DNA from: a virus
Lineage: Duplodnaviria > Caudoviricetes
Length of the DNA: 64,000 bases
IMG/VR virus record: IMGVR_UViG_3300031555_004294
Span: 1 to 64,000 of that record
Reading direction: 5' to 3' (one strand)
Shown: positions 48,734-59,187 of the stretch, piece after piece
Layout: each line of letters begins with the position of its first letter
Numbering within the stretch: position 1 is the first letter of the stretch
Notes under the pieces: generated by a model
The model's input: only the letters and a program-made list of their open reading frames with translations
Database searches by the model: none
What the model was told of the DNA's origin: nothing
Program-made: the position numbers and the translations under genes

Positions 48734-51658
48734 GCAATTAGTTATGTACATCCTTCTGTAAGCAGTACTATTACTGACAATTCTACTACGTATATTACTG
48801 CTTCAGGAACTACTAAATTATTCGCTGTTTTTACTTCTGAAAAGGGTATTGACAATGAAATCCAAACTATAACTTCTGCTTCTGAGTTTATTTTTAACTA
48901 TGGCGAACCTAACATGAAGCTATATGGTCAGGCTGGTTACAATATTGTTAACTGGTTGAATGCTGGCGGTGCTGTATATTGCTTACGTGTTCTTCCTGAA
49001 GATGCTGGCTATGCAAATGCTATTGTTAACATTCAGACTAAGAAAACCCAGAAAGAAGTATTAGATGTTAATGGTGAGCTTGTAGTTGTAGATAATGTCG
49101 AGTTACGTCCTTGCATTACTTATACTAACCTTAACAATACGTCTAAAACGGAAATTGAGTCTGAATTAAGACGTGTCACTGCTGAAACTATTGATGGTTA
49201 TACAAACAATATGCTGTTTGCAGTAATTCCAAATGGTAGAGGTAAGGGATATAATAACTTAGGTTTCAGATTTAGCTTAACTGAAGCTTATGATTCTACT
49301 TACGAATTCCGTCTTTATAATTTTGAAGTAACACAAACTTCTAGTACTGGTAGTGTATCTGTTATTCAAGGTCCTTTCCTTGTTTCTTTAGATCCTGATG
49401 CTATGTCTAACAGTGGTAGTTCTTTCTTTATCACTGACGTAATCGACAACTACTGTGATTACTTCACAGTTATCTTCAATGAAGACAACTATGAGAAATT
49501 AGCTAAGCTTATCAATCCTGAAGTTCATCCTAATAAGATTGACTTTTTCAGTGGTTTAAGTCGTCAGATTAATGGTGAGTACGAAACTTATTATGATGAG
49601 CGTACCAACAAGGAAGAAGATATTCATATGTCTGTTATCAGATATACTGATGATGGCAAAGCTACCAATGAGCGTAATATCATCGATGCTTCTGATGCTA
49701 TTGAGAATTCTATTGCATTGATCGACAATGCTTATCGTAATGAACAGTATGAACGTTATAATGAATCTTTTGAGCGTTCTAAAGAAGTTTTAAGTATTAT
49801 CAAGAAATTTGAAGATGCATCTACTCGTAAAGTTGCATATAATAACATTGAACTAGATACAATTAAAGACGAAAATGGTAAAGCATATACGCTTGATGCT
49901 GGTGTTGCAGCTTTTGAAGCTGATAATTCTGTAGCAGAAGCATATGATGTCTTTGAAGTTGCTAAGGGCGAATTAACTAATGATGTTTCTGAAGCTACTT
50001 ACAATATTGCTAATGCAGAAGTTTATGCTCTATCCGTTTGCATTAATGCTTTAGTCGATCAGCTTTATGAATTATTTGACTATGCAAGAATTAGTCAAGG
50101 TGTAGATGATTCTCATGCATCTACTGTTGCTACTCTTTTAACAGATCTTCAAACTGTTGAAGGTAAACTTAAGTCCATGACTGTTGCTGAACTTAATTGC
50201 AATAAGCATAAGAATACTGTTTCTGAGCTTTCTGAAACCTTTAACAATCTGAATGTTAATTCAATTAACTCTGAAAAAGAAGAATTTATTTATGAGGTCA
50301 TTGGAAAAGTTGAAAGTATCTTAGCAACAATCAAGAATATTTCTGATGCGGTTGAGGGTTCTTCTAATACCTTTGCAGATAGCCATTTAGAAGAAGTAGA
50401 AACTGCTCTAAATGTAATTAAGACTGATTATGATACTCTCACTGATGATTATACAACTGCTGTTGATTATGAGATTTCATTAGAATCTGCATGGAGAACC
50501 ATTAGAAATCTGTTAAAGGTTGAGTCTCTCTATTTTACAATTAATCTTGCACTTTTAGAGAATAAATCTGTTGCTTACAATGAGCTTAAAGAGCCATTAA
50601 ATAGCTTAAAGGCAAGAGTTGTTTCCTTCATTAATACTGTCAAGTCTGAAATCGGTGGTTTCGATTATGCGGCTGCTAAAACTTCTATCGTTTCCATCCA
50701 GAAGGATACAACCGATAAGAAGCAGGAAACCTACTACACAGTTTCTCAGAACTTTGATAACTATGTATCTCTACTTTACGGTACCGATGGTTCTATAGAA
50801 GATGTTTCTTATAGAGATCATGCAGTTGAGAAACTAATCATTGAAGGCTATAAGGGTATGATTGATGACTCCTTAACTGATAAGGAACAGTGGCCCATCG
50901 ACATGGTTCTTGACGCTAACTACTCTGCTAATATTAAGAGTGCAATTGCTGTTCTTTGTACTGAACTTCGTACTGACTTTATGGGTATTCTTGATACTGA
51001 GTTACAAGCAACTCCTGGTGATGCTATCAACTATAGAAAGAGTTCCATCAACTTCAACAACTATCGTCTTGCTATCTTTACTCAGGACTTTGTTGTTTCC
51101 GATAGTGAATATACTGGTAATGAGATTAGAATAACTCCTACTTATTTCCTTGCGTCCAAGATTCCTTCTAATGATAACACTAATGGTATCCATTGGAATT
51201 TTGTTGGTCCTCGTCGTGGTACTGTTACTGGCTTTAAGTCTGTTTCCTTCTTACCTAATGTTGAGTGGAGAGAAAGACTATATAACGCACAGATTAACTA
51301 TGTACAACAGGATCAGATTTCTACTAGATTCAACTCTCAGTTAACCTCTCAGCACAGTGTTTCTGCACTGTCTAATATTAGCTGTGTACGTACTCTTCTC
51401 AGAATTCAGCGTGATGTTGAAGATTTAATGAAGAACTACCAGTTTGAATTCAATGATTCTGTAACTATTACCAACGCACAGACCGATCTTAGTGCTTATC
51501 TGAATAAATGGATTGCTAACCGTGCTTGTGATTCTATCTCTGGTACTGTTTATGCATCCGACTATGATAGACAACAGAAGCTTCTTCGTGTTAAGGTTGA
51601 ACTTACCTTCAATTCTATCATCGAACGTATCGCTATTGACCTGGTTGTCAATGCATAA
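48731..51658 (+). CDS. Tail sheath protein with a large helical insertion
   Basis: HP.V...I.D.S, EFIFNYGEP, YCLRV; C-terminal R.D...ILD, GPRRG, LY..QINY, S.LS.I...R.L, FEFND. Confidence 0.9.
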   Translation: MAISYVHPSVSSTITDNSTTYITASGTTKLFAVFTSEKGIDNEIQTITSASEFIFNYGEPNMKLYGQAGYNIVNWLNAGGAVYCLRVLPEDAGYANAIVNIQTKKTQKEVLDVNGELVVVDNVELRPCITYTNLNNTSKTEIESELRRVTAETIDGYTNNMLFAVIPNGRGKGYNNLGFRFSLTEAYDSTYEFRLYNFEVTQTSSTGSVSVIQGPFLVSLDPDAMSNSGSSFFITDVIDNYCDYFTVIFNEDNYEKLAKLINPEVHPNKIDFFSGLSRQINGEYETYYDERTNKEEDIHMSVIRYTDDGKATNERNIIDASDAIENSIALIDNAYRNEQYERYNESFERSKEVLSIIKKFEDASTRKVAYNNIELDTIKDENGKAYTLDAGVAAFEADNSVAEAYDVFEVAKGELTNDVSEATYNIANAEVYALSVCINALVDQLYELFDYARISQGVDDSHASTVATLLTDLQTVEGKLKSMTVAELNCNKHKNTVSELSETFNNLNVNSINSEKEEFIYEVIGKVESILATIKNISDAVEGSSNTFADSHLEEVETALNVIKTDYDTLTDDYTTAVDYEISLESAWRTIRNLLKVESLYFTINLALLENKSVAYNELKEPLNSLKARVVSFINTVKSEIGGFDYAAAKTSIVSIQKDTTDKKQETYYTVSQNFDNYVSLLYGTDGSIEDVSYRDHAVEKLIIEGYKGMIDDSLTDKEQWPIDMVLDANYSANIKSAIAVLCTELRTDFMGILDTELQATPGDAINYRKSSINFNNYRLAIFTQDFVVSDSEYTGNEIRITPTYFLASKIPSNDNTNGIHWNFVGPRRGTVTGFKSVSFLPNVEWRERLYNAQINYVQQDQISTRFNSQLTSQHSVSALSNISCVRTLLRIQRDVEDLMKNYQFEFNDSVTITNAQTDLSAYLNKWIANRACDSISGTVYASDYDRQQKLLRVKVELTFNSIIERIAIDLVVNA

Positions 51659-51776
51659 TTTTATGAACTAATTATTAGAGCCAATAATTATAATTGGGAG
51701 GATAGAAGATTAAACTTTTCTATCCTCCCATGATTAAAATTCTAAATTAAAAATTTGAAAGGAGATTTTCCTATAT

Positions 51777-52640
51777 ATGTTAAGACATGATCCACAAAAT
51801 GTTGTAGTCTTTAATAATAATGGCGGACCTGCTAGCAATAAAAGTTTCTTTAATGGTTCTTACAATACAATGAACTTAGACTTCGATCCTCTAGTAACTG
51901 GTTATTCCTTCTTTAAATGGGTCGTTGTTCCTACTTGGATTACAGATACATTTGCTGATTTCCAAGCTATGACTGAAAAGAACTTCTTAACTGGCTTCTC
52001 ACTTGCTGATATGGAACTACAGACAACTGATATTACTCATGGTTTTGCAGCAAATACTTATAACGTTGCTTCTAACATCCAGAAGGGTAATAATGAATTC
52101 TCTATCACTCACAGAGAATTCTCTGGTTCTCCCATTCGTAATATGTATCAGTACTGGGTATCTGGTATCCGTGATCCTGAGACTGGTATTGCTACCTATC
52201 CTCGTGTTCATGGTGTTGACTACTCTGCCAAGAACCATACTGGTGAGCTTGTTTACATTGTAACTCGTCCTGACGCAGATAACGTTGGTAGACCTAACAT
52301 TGAGTTTGCTTGCTACTACACTGCAGTTATGCCTACTAAGATTCAGCTTTCTCAGTTTGCATTTACACATGGTACTCATGATGCTGTAGAATATGAACAA
52401 AACTTCCGTGGCGTATTCCATATGTCTAGTAAAGTTGATGCTTTTGCTAAGCAAGTTTTAGCTGAAAAGGTTTATGGCTTTATGGAAATGGGTGAATTTG
52501 ATCCCAAGAATCCTGACATGGGTTATAAAACTATGAAAGATACATATTCTGCTAATTATGGTAAGAGTATGATTGGTAATTATGGTGCTACTTCTCTGTT
52601 AGATAAAGAACTTGGCGGTTCTGCTAAGAACTATGTCTAA
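51777..52640 (+). CDS. Probable tail tube protein
   Basis: Directly follows the sheath; E.SG.......YW...I.DP.TG pattern. Confidence 0.65.
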   Translation: MLRHDPQNVVVFNNNGGPASNKSFFNGSYNTMNLDFDPLVTGYSFFKWVVVPTWITDTFADFQAMTEKNFLTGFSLADMELQTTDITHGFAANTYNVASNIQKGNNEFSITHREFSGSPIRNMYQYWVSGIRDPETGIATYPRVHGVDYSAKNHTGELVYIVTRPDADNVGRPNIEFACYYTAVMPTKIQLSQFAFTHGTHDAVEYEQNFRGVFHMSSKVDAFAKQVLAEKVYGFMEMGEFDPKNPDMGYKTMKDTYSANYGKSMIGNYGATSLLDKELGGSAKNYV

Positions 52641-52693
52641 TTTTTAATAAAAATGACAAGAATACCTTTACGGTATTCTTGTCATTTAATTTT

Positions 52694-55201
52694 TTATAGA
52701 CCACCAAAATCAGAAGTTCCACCATCATCGCCACTCATAGAAGCGTTCTTAATGGAAGTTTCAGTTTTATTAATCTTAGCTTTTTCTAAGAGTTTTTCAT
52801 ACTTATCCCATTCAAATGTGCTTAACAAGTCTTTTGTTAGTTCACGTTTAAATTCAGTTGATAGTTCTGCATCATTAGGATCTACTAATGTCTGGGTTAC
52901 AAAATCTATAATATCTCTAGAGTTTGTAATACGTTCAGTAATGGTAGTCATATTTAATGCTTGAGGGGGTGGGAATTTAACAGTTAGAGAATCTAAGTCA
53001 AAATAAGTATCTTCTAACAGACTCTTATCCTTAGCTACCTTATTTCTTTCCTTTTCAGTATCAACTAAAATTGTCTCATCATTTTCTCTACTATTGAGTT
53101 TCTTAAGATCTCTTTGTTTCTTTTTCAAGTCATAATCATTAAGATACTCATTTTTATAAAGTAAACGGAACATTTTAGTAAACTGATCTCCAAACATTGT
53201 CTGGAAAACAAGGATAGAACGAACAAATTTACCATTCATCATTCCGAGAGATCTAGCAAATTCTGTCTGTTCGGAATAACTAAGGAATTCTGGAGGAATA
53301 CCTATACCAGAAATCATAGCTTTTAATAAGTAATCTAAGAAATCATTTGTTATTTCGACGTTCATCCCAGGTATAGTGTCTATTTCAACAGGTTTTTGAC
53401 CCTCTACTACAGGAATGTAATAATCTTGGAAAGTTCCTATAGCTTGTAGTAACGTGTTAATGTCTCCACCAAAATTACTCATTTTGATATCTTTCGTCTT
53501 GATATCTCTCATAAACTGTTGAACTACAGCTTCTGTATCATTATCAAGATCGACTTCCACATAAAATGCTCTCTTTTCAGGCGATCTTACTAGTCTTAAC
53601 ATTACTTGTGAAGTTAAGACTGCTAAATAAAGTTTAGCAGAGAATAATACATTCTTGAATAAGCTGTCATAGTAATCTCCAGAACCACTACCAAAATGTA
53701 TAACTTCGTTAGGTCTTAAATATACCATACGAATTTGCTTATTCAGTAGATAGTTTTGCTTAAGTAACTCATAAACTGTATTTTTAAATTCTGGATGCTT
53801 ATTGATGAATTTTTTATCAATACGCTTTGCCATATTTTTAACAAAGATATCAGTAATCAGTCTATACTTAGCATTAATTATATCTGGCTTGTCATTTGCT
53901 TGAGACTTAAAAGAAGTGAAAATATTAGAAGACATACTGTATGAACCAGTAGTTAACATATCAGCATTATTTTCTAAGTTTTCAATGTAATAGTAACCAT
54001 ACTCAAAATCATCCAGTACCAACTTAATAGTTCTTTCTGGCTTTAATATTTTCAATACAGAACCACCGACTCTAATATCATCAGTCTTTTTAGTCTTATT
54101 ATAGGGATTTAGATTCTTTCTATCTTCACTATCTTGATTCTGGAAGTTATTGAATAATTCCTTTTTACTAGCATAACCAAATTGTTTTGAGATTTCTACA
54201 TTATCTTCTAACAAACAAGATGAATCTTCAGAAAAGACAAAATTATTGTTCAAGATTTCTGCTATATCATGAGAAAACTTTTGTTTGGTCTCATTGAATA
54301 ATTTTACCTCTTCGTTATAGATGGCTAGATCGGCCTGATATGATTCATTTAAATTTTTCTTATCCTTATAATCTGATGGTACTGGTTTCTTTGCAGGTAC
54401 TTTAACGTTACTTATATCAAAGATTTCTGACAATTGTAAGATGTCATCATTAGATAACTCAATTTCAGATTCAGCTAATGGTTTAAATGTAGAACTTTCT
54501 TTAAGACTACTATCTTCAGATAGCATTACCTTAGAAATTTCGTCATTTAGTTTTAATACTGCAACAAATTGATCTCCTAATACTAATGTATCTCTTATGA
54601 TATTTTTAGTGTGTTTATTTATATTGTACTTCTCAATTAAGGTCTTACAATTTTTTATGATATTTGTATTTTCCTTGTCTTCTTTAACCATTGATGTAAT
54701 AACATCATCTAGATAAATTAAAAAAGTATCTTTTGTAAAGTCATCAGGAGACATAATATTGTCAACATACGTATTTATTGCCTGACTCATCTGAGGGATG
54801 TTATCATAAATTAACTGATAACTGCTGTATAACTGAAATCTACCAGATTCTTGGCTGAAAAGCTCATTCATAGAATAAATGTCGTTTTCATTAGCCATTT
54901 GTTCTATGCTTCTTAGTTGTTTTTTTGCTTCTTCTACACTAGCACTTTTACTAGGACGTCCTATGCCAGATGAATTTTTCATGTTTACTGCATTGAAAAA
55001 CTCTATGATGTCATCGCCTGTGGATTTCTTATATTTATACATGACACTGTCAACAAAATTTTTTATATCAGCAATGTCTTGAACGTTAGAATCTCCGAAT
55101 TTTTCAGTGGTCCCATATAATTCAGAAGTTGATAGTTTAGATACTACGCGAAATTGATCTAACTTATCTTTCATGGTTAATTCTTTCTTCTTATCGGCCA
55201 T
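52694..55201 (-). CDS. Portal protein (T4 gp20-like)
   Basis: RLVRSPEKRAFYVEV, QDYYIPV..G...EIDTIPG, IP..FL. Confidence 0.85.
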   Translation of the reverse strand: MADKKKELTMKDKLDQFRVVSKLSTSELYGTTEKFGDSNVQDIADIKNFVDSVMYKYKKSTGDDIIEFFNAVNMKNSSGIGRPSKSASVEEAKKQLRSIEQMANENDIYSMNELFSQESGRFQLYSSYQLIYDNIPQMSQAINTYVDNIMSPDDFTKDTFLIYLDDVITSMVKEDKENTNIIKNCKTLIEKYNINKHTKNIIRDTLVLGDQFVAVLKLNDEISKVMLSEDSSLKESSTFKPLAESEIELSNDDILQLSEIFDISNVKVPAKKPVPSDYKDKKNLNESYQADLAIYNEEVKLFNETKQKFSHDIAEILNNNFVFSEDSSCLLEDNVEISKQFGYASKKELFNNFQNQDSEDRKNLNPYNKTKKTDDIRVGGSVLKILKPERTIKLVLDDFEYGYYYIENLENNADMLTTGSYSMSSNIFTSFKSQANDKPDIINAKYRLITDIFVKNMAKRIDKKFINKHPEFKNTVYELLKQNYLLNKQIRMVYLRPNEVIHFGSGSGDYYDSLFKNVLFSAKLYLAVLTSQVMLRLVRSPEKRAFYVEVDLDNDTEAVVQQFMRDIKTKDIKMSNFGGDINTLLQAIGTFQDYYIPVVEGQKPVEIDTIPGMNVEITNDFLDYLLKAMISGIGIPPEFLSYSEQTEFARSLGMMNGKFVRSILVFQTMFGDQFTKMFRLLYKNEYLNDYDLKKKQRDLKKLNSRENDETILVDTEKERNKVAKDKSLLEDTYFDLDSLTVKFPPPQALNMTTITERITNSRDIIDFVTQTLVDPNDAELSTEFKRELTKDLLSTFEWDKYEKLLEKAKINKTETSIKNASMSGDDGGTSDFGGL

Positions 55202-55327
55202 AAAAATATTTCCCTTCCTTTCTACTGAAATTTTATTGAATTGTTTTTGTTATAAATTTTTGTAAAAGATTAAAGAAATCTAGAAATATATATTCTAAGT
55301 GTGTAGTAAAGAAGGAGAAATAAACCG

Positions 55328-55615
55328 ATGAAAATAGTACAAAGGAAAAATCTTGAAAAGTATATCGATAAATGTTTTGATGAAATAGCATTAAAGTATG
55401 TTATAATGCATGGTGGCATAATAGAAAATGAAGGTTATCGTATAAAATATTTTAAACTACTTCTTGGCAAAGCTAGGAATTTTGTAATACCTTTTGAAAA
55501 AGGAAAATTTGAATACATCAGCTATAAAGATTGCTTTATAGTTAACCGATCTTACATTAAGCATTACTTAAAGCAAGCTATATTTGATATAGAAATGCAA
55601 ACTTTAAATAACTAA
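55328..55615 (+). CDS. Small paralog-family protein
   Basis: C-terminal LKQAIFDIEM. Confidence 0.65.
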   Translation: MKIVQRKNLEKYIDKCFDEIALKYVIMHGGIIENEGYRIKYFKLLLGKARNFVIPFEKGKFEYISYKDCFIVNRSYIKHYLKQAIFDIEMQTLNN

Positions 55616-55633
55616 AAAGGGAAAAATGGTAAT

Positions 55634-55915
55634 ATGATTTTAGAATTAAATGTACATGAATTTGAAGAATTTATTGAGAACTATCTTGAATCACTTAATT
55701 TGAACTATTGCATAGCTAATCTAATTGAATGTAATAGTGGTTTCCATATACGTTTTTATAAGCTATTTACTAGAAAATATCAAACTCTAATATTGGAATT
55801 CAATCATAAAGATTTCAACTATGATCAGAGAAAAAGGATATTCACATTTAACTCAGACGTTTTAGAAAAGAAAATAAAATCCCTAATTTTTTATCATGAA
55901 ATGAAAGGAGAATAA
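55634..55915 (+). CDS. Small paralog-family protein
   Basis: C-terminal IKSLIFYHEM; G..I..KL similarity to the preceding gene. Confidence 0.65.
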   Translation: MILELNVHEFEEFIENYLESLNLNYCIANLIECNSGFHIRFYKLFTRKYQTLILEFNHKDFNYDQRKRIFTFNSDVLEKKIKSLIFYHEMKGE

Positions 55916-55917
55916 AG

Positions 55918-56202
55918 TTGGCAGTACTATCAAAAGGATGTTTTGATATTTATATTAAAGGTTTACTTGCAGATTTAAATCCTGATGATGAAAAATGTAT
56001 TTACTTTACTAATACACTTAGCAATTCTTATTTTATAAAGATCACAAACCCATTTAAAGATAAAATTAGTAATAATTTTTTATACTTTGACTATGGAAAC
56101 CTTGAGTACAATATGGAAAAGGAAGAATTTAAATTCAATCCTAAGTTTATCATACATAAACTGAAACAAATCATCTTTAATATAGAAATGGAAAAGTCCT
56201 AA
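55918..56202 (+). CDS. Small paralog-family protein
   Basis: C-terminal LKQIIFNIEM. Confidence 0.65.
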   Translation: MAVLSKGCFDIYIKGLLADLNPDDEKCIYFTNTLSNSYFIKITNPFKDKISNNFLYFDYGNLEYNMEKEEFKFNPKFIIHKLKQIIFNIEMEKS

Positions 56203-56256
56203 CATATAAAAAATTTTACGAACCTATAATTAAAAACTTTTTACAGAAGATAAGGA

Positions 56257-56502
56257 GTGTTTAACTATATGGCATCGATTAAAAAAGCATCCGTATTTAG
56301 CGACTTTGCATCAGAAACACAAATTACAGATGAAGACCTTAAAATACCACCAACAGAAGGTGATTTAAAAGATGTACAACAGGTTTTAGATGATTTTAAA
56401 ATTGACGTTTGTGTATTAGATATGAAATTTAATACTAGATTTGCACTACAACGATTTTTAAGAGATCAGATTACAAAAAAATTAAAACGAAAGGGAGAAT
56501 AA
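56257..56502 (+). CDS. Hypothetical protein (likely start ATG 56269)
   Basis: TAAGGAG RBS; coupled to the polymerase gene. Confidence 0.55.
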   Translation: MFNYMASIKKASVFSDFASETQITDEDLKIPPTEGDLKDVQQVLDDFKIDVCVLDMKFNTRFALQRFLRDQITKKLKRKGE

Positions 56503-56505
56503 CTT

Positions 56506-58164
56506 ATGGGATTCCATCAGTTAATAAAAACGGTAAAATGTCAAGACTACGATGATCGAGGAAATAAATTTGACGTTTTAATCAAGGTTTTGAAAGATGA
56601 AGAAACTGGAGAAAAATTTACTGAGATTATTGAAGATCCAGATTTTACCTATTATGTAACCAAAGATGAGTATGAGTTAACAGAACAAGTCAACTATATT
56701 GAAAAAGATAAAGTTAGAGAAGTAACTACATCTTCAAGTAATATTGTAAAATCAGTTGCATATGAAACTGGAAATGAAGAGTTTTTCTGGAAATGTATTA
56801 GGGACAAAAAGTTCAGTCAGTCTAAAGCCGTATTTTTAGACCCTAATGTTCATGGTTCTGATATCGATTTAGAAGACTATTATATTGGAAGACACTATAA
56901 TAAGTATCCAGCTGAAAATTCTAAGAATGCTTTTACAAAAGCGTTTATCGATATTGAAGTTGATTCAATGAAAATTATAGGATTCCCTGAACCAGAAGTT
57001 GCTGAATGCCCTGTTAATGCAATTGCATTCTTCAATGATTCCAATATGACACTATATGGTCTATTTTTAAGAAATCCTGAGAATCCTTTAATTGAAGATT
57101 TTGAAAAGAATAAACTCAAGGAATTTAAAAAGAGAATCAAACAGAAGTATAAAGATAAGGGTTTGGACATTAAGTTAAAGCTAACTTGGTATGATGAAGA
57201 AAATGAGTTAGGTTTGATTAGTGATTTCTTCTATTTGGTTAACTATTTAAAACCTGACTTCTTAGGTGCTTGGAACTTCTGTGGTTTCGACTTTTCGTAC
57301 TTAATGAATAGAATTGTCACGTTAGGAGAAAACCCAAATGACATAATCTGTTCTGAAGATATACCATATAAACAGTGTTATTTAAATAAGGATACTAAAT
57401 CGACAGATTTTGCTGATGACGCTTCTTACATTGCTGTTAGTAGTTATACAAACTATCTTGACCAAATGCTATTATTTGCAGCCTTACGTAAAGGAGCTGG
57501 TAAGCGAGAATCATATTCTTTGGATGCTATTGCATTTGAAGAACTTGGTGAAAACAAGTTGGAATTTAAAGACCCAAATACATCAACTAAGAATTCTGCA
57601 TGGGTTGATTATGAAGAGTTTATTGAATATAACCTGCACGACACGATGCTGTTATATATGCTTGAGAACAAGAATAAAGACTTCAACATGATTTACACTG
57701 TAGCAGCTAAGACTGAAACTCGTATTCAAAAGGCTCTAAAGAAAACTGTCTGTCTAAAAAATCTTGCGAGAAGGTTTTATTATGATAGAGGTTACATCAT
57801 GTCTAACAACCATAACACGAATTATGGTGGAATGAATGAACATGATAAGGTAAGCTTTCGCGGTGCGTTTGTAGCAGATCCTTTGTTAAACAAAGCCTTG
57901 GGAATTATGATAAATGGAATGAGATCAAAATTTGTCTTTGAAAATGTTATTGACTTTGACCTTACATCACTTTATCCTAGTATCATCTTAGCATTTAATG
58001 TAGATGCTACAACGCAAATAGGTAGAATTGAATCCGATTTCTTTGATTCACCAAGACTAATGGATGATATAGTCACGAAAGACTATATAAACATTGGTAA
58101 GACATATTTTGACTTACCTAACGTTACTGATATGTTAAATGTATTAGAAAGTAAAACCGCATAA
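56506..58164 (+). CDS. Family-B DNA polymerase, N-terminal half (3'-5' exonuclease plus motif A)
   Basis: DIEVD, WN..GFDFSY, YSLD, YNLHD, GAFV..P, DFDLTSLYPSII; no motif B or C. Confidence 0.9.
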   Translation: MGFHQLIKTVKCQDYDDRGNKFDVLIKVLKDEETGEKFTEIIEDPDFTYYVTKDEYELTEQVNYIEKDKVREVTTSSSNIVKSVAYETGNEEFFWKCIRDKKFSQSKAVFLDPNVHGSDIDLEDYYIGRHYNKYPAENSKNAFTKAFIDIEVDSMKIIGFPEPEVAECPVNAIAFFNDSNMTLYGLFLRNPENPLIEDFEKNKLKEFKKRIKQKYKDKGLDIKLKLTWYDEENELGLISDFFYLVNYLKPDFLGAWNFCGFDFSYLMNRIVTLGENPNDIICSEDIPYKQCYLNKDTKSTDFADDASYIAVSSYTNYLDQMLLFAALRKGAGKRESYSLDAIAFEELGENKLEFKDPNTSTKNSAWVDYEEFIEYNLHDTMLLYMLENKNKDFNMIYTVAAKTETRIQKALKKTVCLKNLARRFYYDRGYIMSNNHNTNYGGMNEHDKVSFRGAFVADPLLNKALGIMINGMRSKFVFENVIDFDLTSLYPSIILAFNVDATTQIGRIESDFFDSPRLMDDIVTKDYINIGKTYFDLPNVTDMLNVLESKTA

Positions 58165-58290
58165 TTGACAGTTTTAACTATATATTTTAAACTTGAAGAA
58201 ATTAAATGTTTTCTTCAAGTTTAAAATTCTTTATTTGACATCTTTAGTAACTTGAATTAATTGACAGGAGGACTTATGAAGTAGCTAATT

Positions 58291-58989
58291 ATGATTAACA
58301 GATTGACAGAATTTATAGCACAAACAAAAGGTATATCAACTAATCGATGGATATACTTCGATCAGGGTCTAAGTTATACTTATGACGGTGATCAATTAGT
58401 ACAAGCAATAACAAATTTTAAAGAAGACAAAAAAGGTGGAGAATTTTTTAGTGATAAAACTTTTAAGATTCAAGTAGACGAATTTAATGATTTTCTAAAG
58501 GAATACAAGAAGTCAATAATCGGAACCAATATTTTAGAAGATAACACTATTGAAATCAAAACAAGTATACCAAATGTCAAGTTAGAATTTAAATGGACAA
58601 ATGCAGATACTCTAAAGTTAGAACAGATTAAAACTTTCTTTAATAGCTTAGTAGCGTCTGATAGTACAAAAATTTTCGATCATAGTTTTTCAAAAGAAGA
58701 AATCTCAAAATTCACATCAGAAAAAAGTAACAGAATTTATACTTTCACAGATAATAGTATCTCCTTCGATAGTATCAGTACAAAGGACATGATGTTGATG
58801 ATTTCAATTTTTCCAAAGTATCTTGGAAAAATACTATCATCTACTAAAGAACTAAACCTAAAAATTTATTCTACTGAGAAAGATTTTATCTATCTAGTTC
58901 ACTTTAATGTCAAAAACATGAATATAGTGACGGATTACTATGGTTTATGTTCAGATCTCATTCCAATAGAGGAAGGAGGTTTGGACTGA
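58291..58989 (+). CDS. Hypothetical protein
   Basis: 232-aa ORF between polB and sbcC. Confidence 0.6.
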   Translation: MINRLTEFIAQTKGISTNRWIYFDQGLSYTYDGDQLVQAITNFKEDKKGGEFFSDKTFKIQVDEFNDFLKEYKKSIIGTNILEDNTIEIKTSIPNVKLEFKWTNADTLKLEQIKTFFNSLVASDSTKIFDHSFSKEEISKFTSEKSNRIYTFTDNSISFDSISTKDMMLMISIFPKYLGKILSSTKELNLKIYSTEKDFIYLVHFNVKNMNIVTDYYGLCSDLIPIEEGGLD

Positions 58990-59187
58990 TGCCTATCGAA
59001 GTAGAAGTTGATGTAAGCAATGTAAATGAAAACAATAACAATTCCAATAATAGCAACGACAACTAAATAAAACAAATCTCAAAAATAGTGAAATTGTAGT
59101 AAAATACAATTTCACTATTTTTTTTTTATTTTAGTTTTGGATATATATAATTCATTAGATTACAAAAATTAAGGAGGAAAAATTTTC

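Noticed and set aside
58291-58989. Sliding clamp call for the gene after polB
   Set aside because: Size and position fit, but I could not identify a supporting motif
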